Positions 1 through 15,420 of a stretch of 64,000 bases of DNA are shown piece by piece. Positions within the stretch are counted from its first letter, which is position 1, and each line of letters begins with the position of its first letter. The position numbers and the translations under genes were made by a program. Location of the stretch: NCBI RefSeq assembly GCF_009914755.1, contig NC_060929.1; one strand, written 5' to 3'. Source of the DNA: the human T2T-CHM13v2.0 reference genome, Homo sapiens. The notes beneath the pieces are model-generated. The model was not told the origin of the DNA. It made no database searches and saw only the letters and a program-made list of their open reading frames with translations.

Positions 1-853
1 AAAAGAACTGCTAGAGTTTTCTAATTTATATAAGCAGGAATCTGGAGAACAGGTGTGGGAACGGATGTTAAGGGTGTGGGATGATGGTGGAAGGAACATA
101 GAGTTCGATCAGGCTGAATTTATTGATTCGGGCCCACTAAGTAGGGACTCTGCATTTAATGTTGCTGCTCAGGGAGTTTAAAAAGGTTCTAATAGCTTGA
201 TTGCTTGGTTAGCTGAAATACGGATTAAAAGATGGCTCACTCTGAGCGAGCTGGAAATGCTGATCTCCCTTGGTTTAATGTAGAGGAAGAGATCCAAAGG
301 CTTAGAGAGATTGGGATGGTGGAGTGGATTAGTCACTTTAGACCTACTCATCCCAGCTGGGAGGGTCCAGAAGATATACCCTTGACCGATGCTTTGCGAA
401 AGAGATTTGTGAGGGCAGCATGTTAATCTTCAAAGAGCTCTATGATTACTCTTCTCTGTATGCCAAATCTAACAGTGGGAACTGCAGTCACTCAACTACA
501 AAATTTAGAACGGGAATAATTGGATCCTGACGTGGCAGAGGCCAAGTGGGAGCACTCAACCATCAAATGCAAGGTGGGCGAGCTACCATAATGGACCGCA
601 GCAGAGGCAAAGCAGCAATCAGAATAATCTGACTTGTGTACAGCTTTTGCACTGGCTAATTAATCACAGTGTTCCCAGAAGTGGAATTGATAGGAAGCCT
701 ACTGAATTCCTACTTAATTCATATAAGTGGAAAACTTCCAGGTCGAGTGGACAAAAGACTAATCTGAATTATTAAAAAAAAAAGAGAATCACAGCCCCTC
801 AATTTCCAGACTTGAGCCACTTTATAGACCCAGAACACCTTGAATGAAGCCCC

Positions 854-1090
854 TTGAGGAAGGACCCCACTACAGTAGAGACAATTTATGCTGTGAGTCT
901 TTCTCCCATCCTTCCCCAAGGAGACCTCTGGCCTTTTACCAGGGTAACTGTGCACTGGGGAAAGGGAAATGATCAGACATTTCAGGGACTACTGGACACT
1001 GGCTCTGAGCTGACGTTGATTCCGGGGGACCCAAAACGTCACTGTGGTCCTCCAGTTAAAGTAGGGGCTTATGAAGATCAGGTAATCTAA
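854..1090 (+). pseudogene. HERV-L aspartic protease remnant
   Basis: GLLDTGSELTLIPGDP active-site motif; premature stop at 1088-1090. Confidence 0.9.
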
Positions 1091-1309
1091 TGGAGTTTTA
1101 GCTCAGGTCTGACTTACAGTCGGTCCAGTGGGTCCCCGGACTCATCCTGTGGTCATTTCCCCAGTGCCAGAATGCATTAATTGGCATAGACATACTTAAC
1201 AGCTGGCAGAGCCCCCACAATGGCTCCCTGACTGGTGGGGTGAGGGCTATTATGGTGGGACAGGCCAAATGGAAACCATTAGAGTTGCCTCTACCTAGAA
1301 AAATAGTCA

Positions 1310-1711
<402 letters not shown>

Positions 1712-1731
1712 TCACGGTTCAACTCTCTCAT

Positions 1732-2247
1732 TTGGTCTGTGCAGAAGACGGATCTTGGAGAATTACAGTGGAGTATCATAAACTTAACCAAGTGGTGACT
1801 CCAATTGCAGCTGCTGCACCAGATGTGGTTTCATTGCTTGAGGAAATTAACATATCTCCTGGTACCTGGTATGCAGCCAATGATTTGCCAAATGCCTTTT
1901 TCTCCATTCCTGTCCATAAGGCCCACCAGAAGCAATTTGCGTTCGGCTGGCAAGGCCAGCAACACACCTTTACTGTCCTACCTCAGGGGTATATCAACTC
2001 TCCAGATTTGTGTCATAACCTTGTTCAAAGAGACCTTGATCGCTTTTCACTTCTACAAGTTATCACACTGGCCCATAACATTGATGACATTATGCTGATT
2101 GGATCCAGTGAGCAAGAAGTAGCAAACACACTGGACTTATTGATGAGACATTTGCATGCCAGAGGATGGGAAATAAATCCGACTACAATTCAGGGACCTT
2201 CTACCTCAGTAAAGTTTCTAGGGGTCCAGTGGTGTGGGGCCTGTTGA
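1732..2247 (+). pseudogene. HERV-L reverse transcriptase core remnant
   Basis: [31 protein letters not shown] (YIDD changed to NIDD at 2077-2088), KFLG. Confidence 0.92.
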
Positions 2248-2539
2248 GATATTCCTTCTAAGGTAAAGGATAGGATGCTGCATTTGGCCCCTACTACAAC
2301 CAAGAAAGAGGCACAGCACAAGTTGGCCTATTTGGATTTTGGAGGCAACAAATTCCTCATTTGGTTGTGTTACTCCAGCCCATTTATCGAGTGACCCAAA
2401 AGGCTGCCAGTTTTGAGTGGGATCCAGAACAGGAGAAGGCTCTGCGACAGGTCCAGGCTGCTGTGCAAGCTGCTCTGCCACTTGGGCCATATGATCCAGC
2501 AGATCTAATGGTGCTTGAGGTGTCAGTGGCAGGCAGGGA

Positions 2540-2771
2540 TGCTGTGAGAAGCCTTTGGCAGGCCCCCATAGGTGAATCACAGCGGAGGCCTCTAGGATTT
2601 TGGAGCAAGGCCCTGCCATCTTCTTCAGATAACTACTCTCCTTTAGAGAGACAAGTGCTGTTTGGAGCCTTTGGCAGGCTCCCATAGGTGAATCGCAGTG
2701 GAGGCCTCTAAGATTTTGGAGCAAGGCCCTGCCATCTTCTGCAGATAACTGCTCTCCTTTTGAGAAACAGT
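2540..2771 (+). repeat. 116-bp diverged tandem duplication inside HERV-L pol
   Basis: 2540-2655 vs 2656-2771 align without gaps, ~13 mismatches by eye. Confidence 0.9.
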
Positions 2772-3488
2772 TCTTGGCCTGTTACTGGGCTTTGGTAGAA
2801 ACCGAATGCTTGATTATGGGTCATCAAGTCACCATGTGACCTGAACTGCCTATCATGAACTGGGTGCTTTCTGACCCATCTAGTCATAAAGTGGGTCATG
2901 CACTGCAGCATTCCATCATCAAATTGAAGTGGTATATATGTGATCGGGCTTGAGCAGGTCTTGAAGACACAAGTAAGTTACATGAGGAAGTGGCTCAAAC
3001 GCCCATGGTCTCCACTGCTGCCACCCTGGCCTTCTTTTCCCTAGCCTGCACCGATGGCCTTATGGGGAGTTCCCTATAATCAGCTGACAGAGGAAGAGAA
3101 GACTAGGGACTGGTTCAAAGATGGTTCTGCATGATATGCAGGCACCACCCAAAAGTGGACAGCTACAGCCCTATAGCCCCTTTCCTGAAGGACACTGGTG
3201 AAGGAAAATCTTCCCAGTGGGCAGAACTTCGAGCAGTGCACCTGGTTGTGCACTTTCCAAGGAAGTAGAAATAGACAGATGTGTGATAATACTGATTCAT
3301 GGACTGCAGCCAATGGTTTGGATGACGGTCAGGGACTTGAAAGAAGCATGATTGGAAAACTGGTGACAAATTTGGGGAAGAGGTATGTGGATGGACCTCT
3401 CTGAGTGGTGAAAAAATGAAGTTATTTGTATCCCATGTGAGTACTCTACCAAAGGGTGACCTGAGCAGAGGAGGATTTTAATAATCGA

Positions 3489-4200
3489 GTGGATAGGATG
3501 ACTTGTTCTGTGGACACCACACAGCCTCCTTACCCAGCCGCCCCTGTCATCACCCAATGGGTCCATGAACAAAGTGGCCATGGTGACAGGGATGGTGGTT
3601 ACGCATGGGCTCAGCAACATGGACTTCCACTCACCAAGGCTGACCTGGCTAAGGCCACTGCTGAGTGCCCAACTTGCCAGCAGCACAGACCAACACTAAG
3701 CCCTTAATATGACACCAGTCCTTGGGGTGATCAGACAGCTAATTGGTGGCAGGTTGATTACACTGGACCTCTTCTATCATGGAAAGAGCAGAGGTTTGTC
3801 CTCACTGGAATAGACACCTACTCTGGATATGAGTTTGCCTCTCCTGCACGCAATGCTTCTGCCAAGACTACCACCCGTGGACTCGCGGAAGGCCTTATCC
3901 ATCATCATGCTACTCCACACAGCATTGCCTCTGAACAAGGCACTCATTTTACGGCAAAAGCAGTGCGGCAGTGGGCTCATGCTCATGGAATTCACTATTC
4001 TTACCATGTTCCCCATCATCTTGAAGCAGCTGGATTGACAGAATGGTGGAATGTCCTTTTGAAGTCACAATTACAACGCCAACTAGGTGATAATACTTAG
4101 CAGGGCTGCGGCAAAGGTCTCCAGCAGGCTGGGTATGCTCTGAATAAGCATCCAGTATATGGTACTGTTTCTCCCATAGCCAGGATTCACAGGTCCAGGA
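3489..4200 (+). pseudogene. HERV-L integrase remnant
   Basis: HEQSGH...CPTC zinc-binding motif followed by a disrupted core (WQVDYTGPL, GIDTYSG, SEQGTHF readable). Confidence 0.85.
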
Positions 4201-4214
4201 ATCCAGGGGTAAAA

Positions 4215-4691
4215 GTGGAAATGGCATCACTCACCATCACCCCTAGTGATCCACTAGAAACATTTTTGCTTCCTGTCCCCATGACATTACGTTCTGCTGG
4301 CCTAGTGGTATTAGTTCCAGAGAGACGAACGCTGCCACCAGGAGACACAACAATGATTCCATTAAACTGGAAGTTAAGATTGCCACTTGGACACTTTGGG
4401 CTCCTCCTACCTTTAAGTCAACAGGCTAAGGAGGGAGTTACAGTGTTGGCTGGGGTGACTGACCCAGACTATCAAGATGAAATCAGTCTACTACTCCACA
4501 ATGGAGGTAAGGAAGAGTATGCATGGAATATAGGAGATCCCTTGGGGTGTCTCTTAGTATTACGATGCCCTGTGATTAAGGTCAATGGGAAACTACAACA
4601 GCCCAATCCAGGCAAGACTACAAATGGCCCAGACCCTTCAGGAATGAAGGTTTGGGTTACTCCACTAGGAAAAAAAAACATGACCCACTAA
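4215..4691 (+). pseudogene. HERV-L dUTPase-like ORF (158 aa, uninterrupted)
   Basis: IPLNWKLRLPLGHFGLLLP...VLAGVTDPDYQDEI, resembling dUTPase motif 3; position after IN is typical of ERV-L. Confidence 0.85.
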
Positions 4692-5089
4692 GGTGCTTGC
4701 TGAAGGCAAAGGGAATACAGAATGAGTAGCAGAAGAAGGTAGTCATCAACTCCAGCTTCGACCACGTGACCAGCTGCAGAAACCAGGACTGTAATTGTCA
4801 TGAGTATTTCTTCCTTATTTTGTTAAGAACATGTTTGTGCATGTATACATTTGTACTAAGAAAATATCTTCATTTTATTTCCCTTTTCCTTTATCATGTG
4901 ACATAAGATTTATTGACATCATATCAGCATTAAGTGTTTATGTAATATTATTTGGGTTGGGGGTTTCCACTTGTACGAATGACAGTTGTATTATGTTAGG
5001 CATAATTATTACCTTATTATTGTCTTTATTTGAAGATTATGTATGATCTCAGCAAGTGTGTATGGGTTCAGGCTGACAAGGGGTAGACT

Positions 5090-5554
5090 TGTAATGGTTA
5101 ATACTGAGTGTCAACTTGATTGGATTGAAGGATGCAAAGTATTGATCCTGGGTGTGGCTGTAAGGGTGGTATTATCAAAAGAAATTAACATTTGAGTCAG
5201 TGGACTGGAAGAGGCAAACCCACCCTCAATCCAGGTGGGCACCATCTAATCAGCTGCCAGCATGGCCAGAATAAAAAGCAGGCAGAAGAACATGGAGAGA
5301 TTAGACTGGCTTAGCCTCCCAGCCTACATCTTTCTCCTGTGCTGGATGCTTCCTGCCCTCAAACATCAGACTCCAGGTTCTTTAGCTTTGGGACTCGGAC
5401 TGGCTTCCTTGCTTCCTTGCTCCCTTGCTCCCCACCTTGCAGATGGCCTACTGTGGGACTCTGTGATCATGTGAGTTAAAACCCCTTAATAAACTCCCCT
5501 TTATATACATCTATCCTATTAGTTCTGTCCCTCTAGAGAACCCTGACTAATACA
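5090..5554 (+). mobile_element. 3' LTR of HERV-L, MLT2A1-like
   Basis: TGTAATGGTTAATACTGAGTGTCAACTTGATTGG...CCCTGACTAATACA with TG..CA ends; 465 bp; AATAAA near 5488. Confidence 0.92.
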
Positions 5555-6600
<1,046 letters not shown>

Positions 6601-6604
6601 AATA

Positions 6605-7790
<1,186 letters not shown>

Positions 7791-7845
7791 TAACATATGT
7801 CATTTCATGAAATAGAGGAAGCAGGAGCTAAATCAGAGTAACTTA

Positions 7846-8150
<305 letters not shown>

Positions 8151-8912
8151 AAGAAAACAAAATTGGTAATATAATTTCACTTATTCACCTGCCTGCTAGA
8201 CTTGGCAAACAGCTGAAAGATTTTTTCAAGAAATTTATGAACATATGAAAGAAGAAATAGAGAATCTGTGGAAAGGAAAAGATTGAAGATACTAAAGAGA
8301 AAAATGGAAATGGATAGAGGAAAGAAAAAAGAAGCTGGGGATAAATACTTTAAAGCTGCAGAAATCAACCCAGATGAAGAGTTTACTTAGTTACCAAGGG
8401 TTTATATATTTTTTTCTAGTGTTTAAAAAACATGAATTTAGTTATTTTTCCAGAACTTTGTGAGATCAACAGTCATCAAATTTTTTTTCTGGATTAGTAA
8501 TTCCTACCCCTCTAACTAAAATGGGGGTGCCACTGAAGGTTTATTGCACCTGAAAGCATTTTAACTGGTTCTATAAGGTAGATCTTATATCATTTGTGTA
8601 TGTAAGTGTGTTTAATTCCACAAATTAACTTATACTTTAAATGCACCAAAAGATCTTACTAAACATCTCTATTTTATCTTCGATATAATTCAAACTTTTA
8701 TAAGCTCAAACTTTTATAAACACAATCATATTTGTAATTTTATCCTCTCCCCAACTCTAGTACCTGACCTTGCTTAATATATATGATTTTTAACACTAAA
8801 CGCAATTTCTAACACTCTAAAATATATCGCTATACTTTTCTAACAACATGTGATTAAGAAAGGTAAAATTTAGTTTACTTTTTTTCATTTTGCTGAATAA
8901 GTGATCTCATAC

Positions 8913-9069
8913 CTTTTCACCATCTTGCTTCTCTTGCTGTGGCTGGGTTTCCAGTGCTGGCCGTGCATCTCTATCACTGCTTTCATCCTCAAATTCAATC
9001 CCTCTCTGTTCAGGTTCTTCTTCCAGGAATTCTTCTGAGCTCTCTGATGGGCGTGCAGTAGACTCCAAT
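8913..9069 (-). CDS. FAM169A: FAM169A coding exon 10 (K|LESTARPSESSEEFLEEEPEQRGIEFEDESSDRDARPALETQPQQEKQDGEK)
   Basis: 157 nt; ttttttag acceptor, AAG|gtatga donor; phase 2 to 0; acidic tail region. Confidence 0.95.
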
Positions 9070-9293
9070 CTAAAAAACAAAAGAAAACCATTCTGACTTG
9101 TTTTATTAAGGATAAATATAAAATCTCAGAAGTCCTTTCTTAAAGTAACATTTTAGAGAATCAACTATGTTGTCAACAACTTCAGATTTTACAAGTCTAA
9201 AACCAATCTCTTCATCCTCTTATAATATTACCATCTTCTCAATTATGTAAACTAGACCCTTCTTCTTTTATTCTATCCATATCTTAATGGATC

Positions 9294-9583
<290 letters not shown>

Positions 9584-9640
9584 TGAATCTTTTTTTTTTT
9601 TTTAACCTCATTTATACTGAAGGACCATGGATCTTATTCT

Positions 9641-9790
9641 ATTAGAATGAGCATATATCCCAGTTTACCTGGAGCAGTCCCAGTTTACAGACTTTTGTTC
9701 ATAATTATGGATACTGGCATAATTATTAATAATGCTCCTTTCATTCTCAAAAATGTCACCTTGGACAACACATTATATGGTTTAGTTCTA
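9641..9790. mobile_element. MER96B-like hAT MITE
   Basis: CATATATCCCAGTTTACCTGGAGCAGTCCCAG...CTCAAAAATGTC...ATTATATGG resembles the MER96 consensus. Confidence 0.55.
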
Positions 9791-10017
9791 ACTCCAAAAC
9801 TGCCTTTCAAATATATTCCTGACTTTCTATGCCCATTTTCACAGCTCTGCTTCATGCCCCAGTTCTCTCTGGACCACTGTACTTCTCCCCAATTCAGCTT
9901 CAGACTTGTAGTACATCTTCATCAAGGCTTTCAAAGAGCTGGCTTTCTAATGCACATCATCTACACCTGTGATAGCCCAGCTCAGAAACGTCTGGTGGTT
10001 CTCTATAAGCTCAGTGA

Positions 10018-10356
<339 letters not shown>

Positions 10357-10449
10357 TAGACCCTTATAATTTTATTTACCTTATTCATCAGTTATCCTTA
10401 GTAACATCCCTCCTAGCTTTGTGCCTTTGCTCATGTTAGTGCTTTAGTC

Positions 10450-10640
10450 GAAATCTGTAGATACAATAGCCACGAGACACACTTGACTATTTTACATTTA
10501 AATTAAAATTAAATGAAACAATTGAGTTCTTTAGTTGCACTAGCCATACTTCAAGTGTTCAATGGGCACACTGGCTAATGGCTATCATACTGGGCAGTGT
10601 AAATACAAAATATTTCCATCACTGCAGAAAGTTCTATTTC
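10450..10640. mobile_element. MER33/MER3-like hAT-Charlie MITE
   Basis: TAGCCAC...AAATTAAAATTAAATGAAA...CACTAGCCATACTTCAAGTG...GCAGAAAGTTCTATT. Confidence 0.7.
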
Positions 10641-10657
10641 TCAGCCTTGGTGTAGAT

Positions 10658-10905
10658 AAGGAGTCAGCAAACCTTTCCTTTAGGCATCGTGGGCCATATG
10701 GTCTCTGTTCCAAACACTCAACTCTGCCGTTCCAATGCAAACATTAACTAAAAATATATAAGCTTAATAATATATAAAAATATATATGCTTAATAAACAA
10801 TAAAAATATATAAGCTTAATGAGCATGGGTGTCTTACAATAAAATTTTATTCACAAAACCAGGTGGCAGGCCAGATTTGGCCTACAGGCCATAGTTGGTG
10901 GACCT
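10658..10905 (+). mobile_element. MER58A hAT MITE with internal AT-rich triplication
   Basis: GTCAGCAAAC...GGGCCATATGGTCTCTG...GGCCAGATTTGGCC...GGCCATAGTT. Confidence 0.75.
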
Positions 10906-11769
10906 TTACACTAGAAAGTCTTCTCTCCCAGCTCTGCTTGTTGAGTTTCTACTTATCTTTGAAGCCCAGGCCCAAATGCCAAATCTCTCCATCCCCTCAA
11001 TTAGAATCCAACACTCTTTCCTCTGTATCCACAGCATTCTGCACTTTCCATTACTGTTCTATCACAATCCGCCTTACGGTGCTCTTAACTGTGTACATAT
11101 CTCTCTTTACCCCTAGGCAGTCAATCCTTTGAGGGCAAAGATGATGTTTTGTTCTTCGTATGTTTCAGCAAACAGTCAAGCATAAACTCCTAACTGTTCC
11201 GTTTATGAAAAGCAAACAAAATTCCACAATAATTCTGGGAGGTTCAATTTAAAATATATTGTTACCCTTCTAAAAAGGGTACTATATCAAAATATTGCTC
11301 AGTGAGAAAACCACAGTTTTCTAAACTCATATTTTTATTACTAGATTTAAATATTTCCTTATATCTATCTTTAACATTACAAATTTTCACCAAAACAAAA
11401 CATTTACATACTTTATTACCCAAATTTAAAATTATTTGTATAAGGATTAGCACAGCTACAGAATTCTCTACTTGACTAAAATAATTTGACAGTTAAAATG
11501 GCAAAGTTATGAATTAACTAAATGGTTGACTCAGGAACAGTTGGCAGAACTGTTAGGGCAGAAATCTTATTTTATTATAAAAGTTAGAGTCTTGCTTTAA
11601 GATTCAAAGAAAGAGGATAAAGCTGAGACTCAAGTGTTCTGTTGATTCAGTTGGCAACTAAATTCCTGAAGGAATTCACTGTACTATTTATGGTTATCAC
11701 TAATTTATATCCAATAGCCCAGTAAAATGAATCAATAAAGTAAAATTGAGGGTATTTTAAAACTGACTA

Positions 11770-13292
11770 GAGCCCTGTTCACATCGACTGCCCAGAGTCC
11801 GTAAATCCTCTGCTCCAAGACCGTCCGGACTGCCCCGACCCCAGCTTTCTCTCCTTTGAAAACACTAAGAATAATGTCACTGCATCAGTTTTTACTAGAG
11901 CCAATCAACTGTCGTGCCTGAAACAGGGATCGTACCCAGATTGCCCTCAGTGTCAATAATCACGAAGTGCACATCTATAAGAAGAATGGGCGCCAGTGTG
12001 TGAAAGCTCACGAACTCAAGGAGCACAATGGACACATCACAGATATTGACTGGGCTCCCAAGCATGACCACATCGTCACTTGTGGGGCAGACCACAATGC
12101 CTATGTCTGGAGTCAGAAAGATGGTGTCTGGAAGCCAACACTGATGATCCTGAGAATTAATCGCACAGCTACTTTTGTGAAGTGGTCCGCCCTAGAGAAC
12201 AAATTTGCTGTGGGAAGTGAAGCACGACTCATTTCAGTTTGTTACTTTGAGTCTGAAAATGACTGGTGGGTGAGCAAGCACATTAAAAAGCTGATTCGCT
12301 CCACAGTCCTCAGCTTGGATTGGCATCCCAACAATGTTTTGCTGGCAGCAGGATCATGTGACTTCAAACACAGAGTGTTTTCTTCCTACATTAAAGAAGT
12401 GGATGAAAAGCTGGCCAGCATGCCCTGGGACAGCAAGATGCTTTTTGGGCAGCTGATGTCAGAGTCTGGTGGCAGTGGCACTGGTGGCTGGGTCCACGGG
12501 GTCAGCTTCTCCGCCAGTGGGAGCCACCTGGCCTGGGCCAGCCACGACAGCACCATGTCTGCTGCTGATGCCTCAAAAAGTGTGCATGTCTCAATCTGAA
12601 GACGGAGTTCCAGCTGCTCCTGAGTGTGTCATCAGTCTCAGACAACAGCGCCGTGGCTGCTGGCCATGACTGCTGACCAATGCTCTTGAACTACGATGAC
12701 CGTGGCTGCCTGACCTTTGTCTCCAAGTTAGACATTCCAAAACAGAGCATCCAACGCAACATGTCTGCCATGGAATGCTTCTGCAACACGGACAAGAGGG
12801 CCACGACTGAGGGCTCCAACATGGCTTTGAAGATGCTGCGCCAGAATAGCATCACTCAAGTCTCTATTTATGAGGTGGATGAGAAAGATTGTCGCAAATA
12901 TTGCACTACTGGCATCGATGGAGAGCCATGACAATTTGGGATTTCAAGGATAATTTGAAGCTGAGTGAGCCTCCGCCATCCAGCGTGACAAACTATGGCT
13001 GACTGCAGCTGTGCCGTGGCACGATGGCTAGGAAGCCAGCCCCAAGGAAACACTGAAAACACATATCACGCCAATATCATGTGGTTTTGTTTGAATATAA
13101 AATTGGTGAAAATGTTGGTTTTTTAAAAGCAATGTTTTTGTTTGTTTTTTTTTGCAATTTCATTCCATTCTTGACCAAAGCTTTTCTTTTAAGTAGTTTA
13201 TTATGGAAAATTGTCACACTAACTTAAAAGACAGGGAGATATGTAAACTGTCCACTAGAAAATTAAATAAAAGAATTGAATGCGGGGGGAAA
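11770..13292 (+). pseudogene. Processed pseudogene of ARPC1A (Arp2/3 subunit 1A, WD40), antisense within a FAM169A intron
   Basis: Intronless 5'UTR-CDS-3'UTR; ATG 11874 MSLHQFLLEPI; Trp16>TGA at 11919-11921; frameshift near 12595; deletion near the C-terminus; AATAAA 13266-13271; decayed A-tail; TSD AAAACTGACTA at 11759-11769 and 13293-13303 at a TTTT/AAAA site. Confidence 0.97.
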
Positions 13293-13758
13293 AAAACTGA
13301 CTATATCTCAGCATTACTTAAAACCATACCATCAAATTCAGCGTGGTGATAATGACTAATTTGGGATAATATAATCACTAGAATAGTCTCCTGGATTGTC
13401 ACACATGAAGTGAGTTTATGCCAGTCTCTTATTAGCAGCTTCTCCCAATAGCATTGTCAAGGTAACACTTAGCACTGATAAACAACTAATAATCTTGTAC
13501 AATAATTCAAATATAAATAATTCAAATACAAACTCCTACACCAAAGTCATCTGCTACACAAACAATGTAATCGCCTCTACCTTAAATGCTAAATACCAAA
13601 AAGTATATTAAAAGTATATTAAAAGTATACCAAAAGTATAATAAACAATATAAAATAGTATATATTATATATAAAATATTAAATATTGATAATATAAAAG
13701 TATAAACAAAAAATAAAAGTACAAATAAAAAATGAGAGTAAAATCAACAATTATTTAC

Positions 13759-13909
13759 TTGTTTATTGAAGCTGTAAGTGAAGTCTGGGAGGTCTTTTCA
13801 TCTTCACCTTGAGAACTGCTAAATTCAGAATCCTGAAACCGCTTTCCAATCTTTGGCCGCTTTAGATTACCACTTCGAGTATGAGTGGAAACAGATGTTT
13901 TATCATGAC
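13759..13909 (-). CDS. FAM169A: FAM169A coding exon 9 (G|HDKTSVSTHTRSGNLKRPKIGKRFQDSEFSSSQGEDEKTSQTSLTASIN|K)
   Basis: 151 nt; ctcctcag acceptor, gtaaat donor; phase 1 to 2; basic KRPKIGKR NLS-like patch. Confidence 0.95.
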
Positions 13910-14159
13910 CTGAGGAGAAAAACAGCAAAACTGCACTTAATTGATTATATATTAAAAGGACTACCTATTAAAATACACAGAAATGCAAGAACTACACTAG
14001 TTTACACATATCCTCCACATTACACAGGTTCACCCTCCCCTCACTTATGTCAGGCTAAGAAAATTATTTTATAATTTACATCTTTTTCTAAATTATGTAA
14101 CTTTGTCAAGTTATATGAACTGTGTAAGTCATTCCTCACGTTCCATGTTATCTTGGGCT

Positions 14160-14370
14160 TTGCAAAGTGTTTTTGTATTTCACTTGCATTCCCTCCCAAT
14201 AATCTTGGAAAATAAACAACGTAGACATTACCATCCCTATTTTATAGCTAAGGAAACAAGGAAGAGAGAGGTACAATAGCTTACTCAGTGTTCACATAGC
14301 AAAATCAGTGGCAGTGGTGGCATGAGAACCCAGATCTAGATTTTAGAGCTGGTTAAGTCTTCACTTTCTC
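14160..14370. mobile_element. MIR SINE followed by (CA)n at 14376-14414
   Basis: CCCTATTTTATAGCTAAGGAAAC...GAACCCAGATCT core. Confidence 0.6.
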
Positions 14371-14468
14371 AGGGTGACACACCACACACACATGCATGCA
14401 CACACACACACACAGCCCTAATTTGAAGTGTCTCAAATACTTACTGATATATCAGTTGAATTTCTTAC

Positions 14469-14508
14469 CTTCGGAAGTGCTTGCAAAGGCATCTTTTAGA
14501 GAATCAAT
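14469..14508 (-). CDS. FAM169A: FAM169A coding exon 8 (IDSLKDAFASTSE|G), 40-nt small exon
   Basis: ttttttag acceptor, AAG|gtaaga donor; phase 0 to 1; not in the ORF track. Confidence 0.94.
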
Positions 14509-14719
14509 CTAAAAAAGAGAGAGATTCAAACCCAAAGTTTTAGACTATTTTTTCTCCCTATGGATCTATTTCACTTATAGTTTCAAAGAAAAACTTGTAA
14601 AATGTTTTCCAAATAGCACTTTTTGTTAACAACATTTACTTTAAAAATAAAAAGGTTATAGTTCAGCTTCAGTTTAAAAGACTGAGAACATATGCAAGTC
14701 ATCTAATATGTCATAGTGT

Positions 14720-15420
14720 GTCCACTAGTGTCTCCTAGTTCTGTCCTCAGCCACCTTCTCTGCTCAGTCCACATGCTCTCCCTTCACTATGCTTACTTCA
14801 GTATCTGCTTATTGATGAATTCAAATATGAGACTTAAGCCTCCAAACTTTCTTCCTGATTTCCAAAGCTTTATTTCCAATGAAATATCTCCCAGATGTCC
14901 CATCCAATTTCACACTCAATCATTCCCAAAATGAACTTTATCTTTCCCCAATATTATTCCCTATCTTGCTTAATGACGATTCAGTCAGTCATTCTAGCCA
15001 GAAAACAGTGAGTCAGCAATGACTTCTTCCTAACTCACATGTAATCAATCACAAAGCCTTTCAATTTTAACTGAAGAATCTCTCAAAACTGTCCTGTCCT
15101 TTGTACTACCATTGCTTTAGTTTATATCTTTAGTCTCTTGAACCAACTATTCCAACAGCCTCCTCACTCATATCCCTCATTCTAATCACATCCCATCTAC
15201 ACCCCTCCACCCTGATGACAAAGTGATACTTTCGAATCACAAATTGTACCATTTTTTTGATAAAAAAAAAAAGAGGAAAAAACTTTTAATGGCCAACCAC
15301 TGCTTAGAATACAAATTCTCAACCTATTCAATACCAAATACCTCTTTCATATCAAACATGCCATTTCCTTTACACCTCTGTAACTTTTTTACATGCTATC
15401 GTCTGGAATGCCCTAAGAAA
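14720..15420. mobile_element. L2 LINE fragment
   Basis: Degenerate C/T-rich L2 ORF2-like sequence. Confidence 0.55.

Noticed and set aside
8885-9091. 68-aa minus-strand ORF over the exon
   Set aside because: Wrong frame; splice phases select the LESTARP frame
11967-12599. 210-aa WD40 ORF as a functional retrogene
   Set aside because: Upstream nonsense codon, downstream frameshift, stop and deletion; starts at GTG; incomplete propeller
13590-13740. AAAAGTATA repeats and AT-rich tract (similar tract at 45440-45555)
   Set aside because: Low-complexity slippage with no unique spacers; not CRISPR-like
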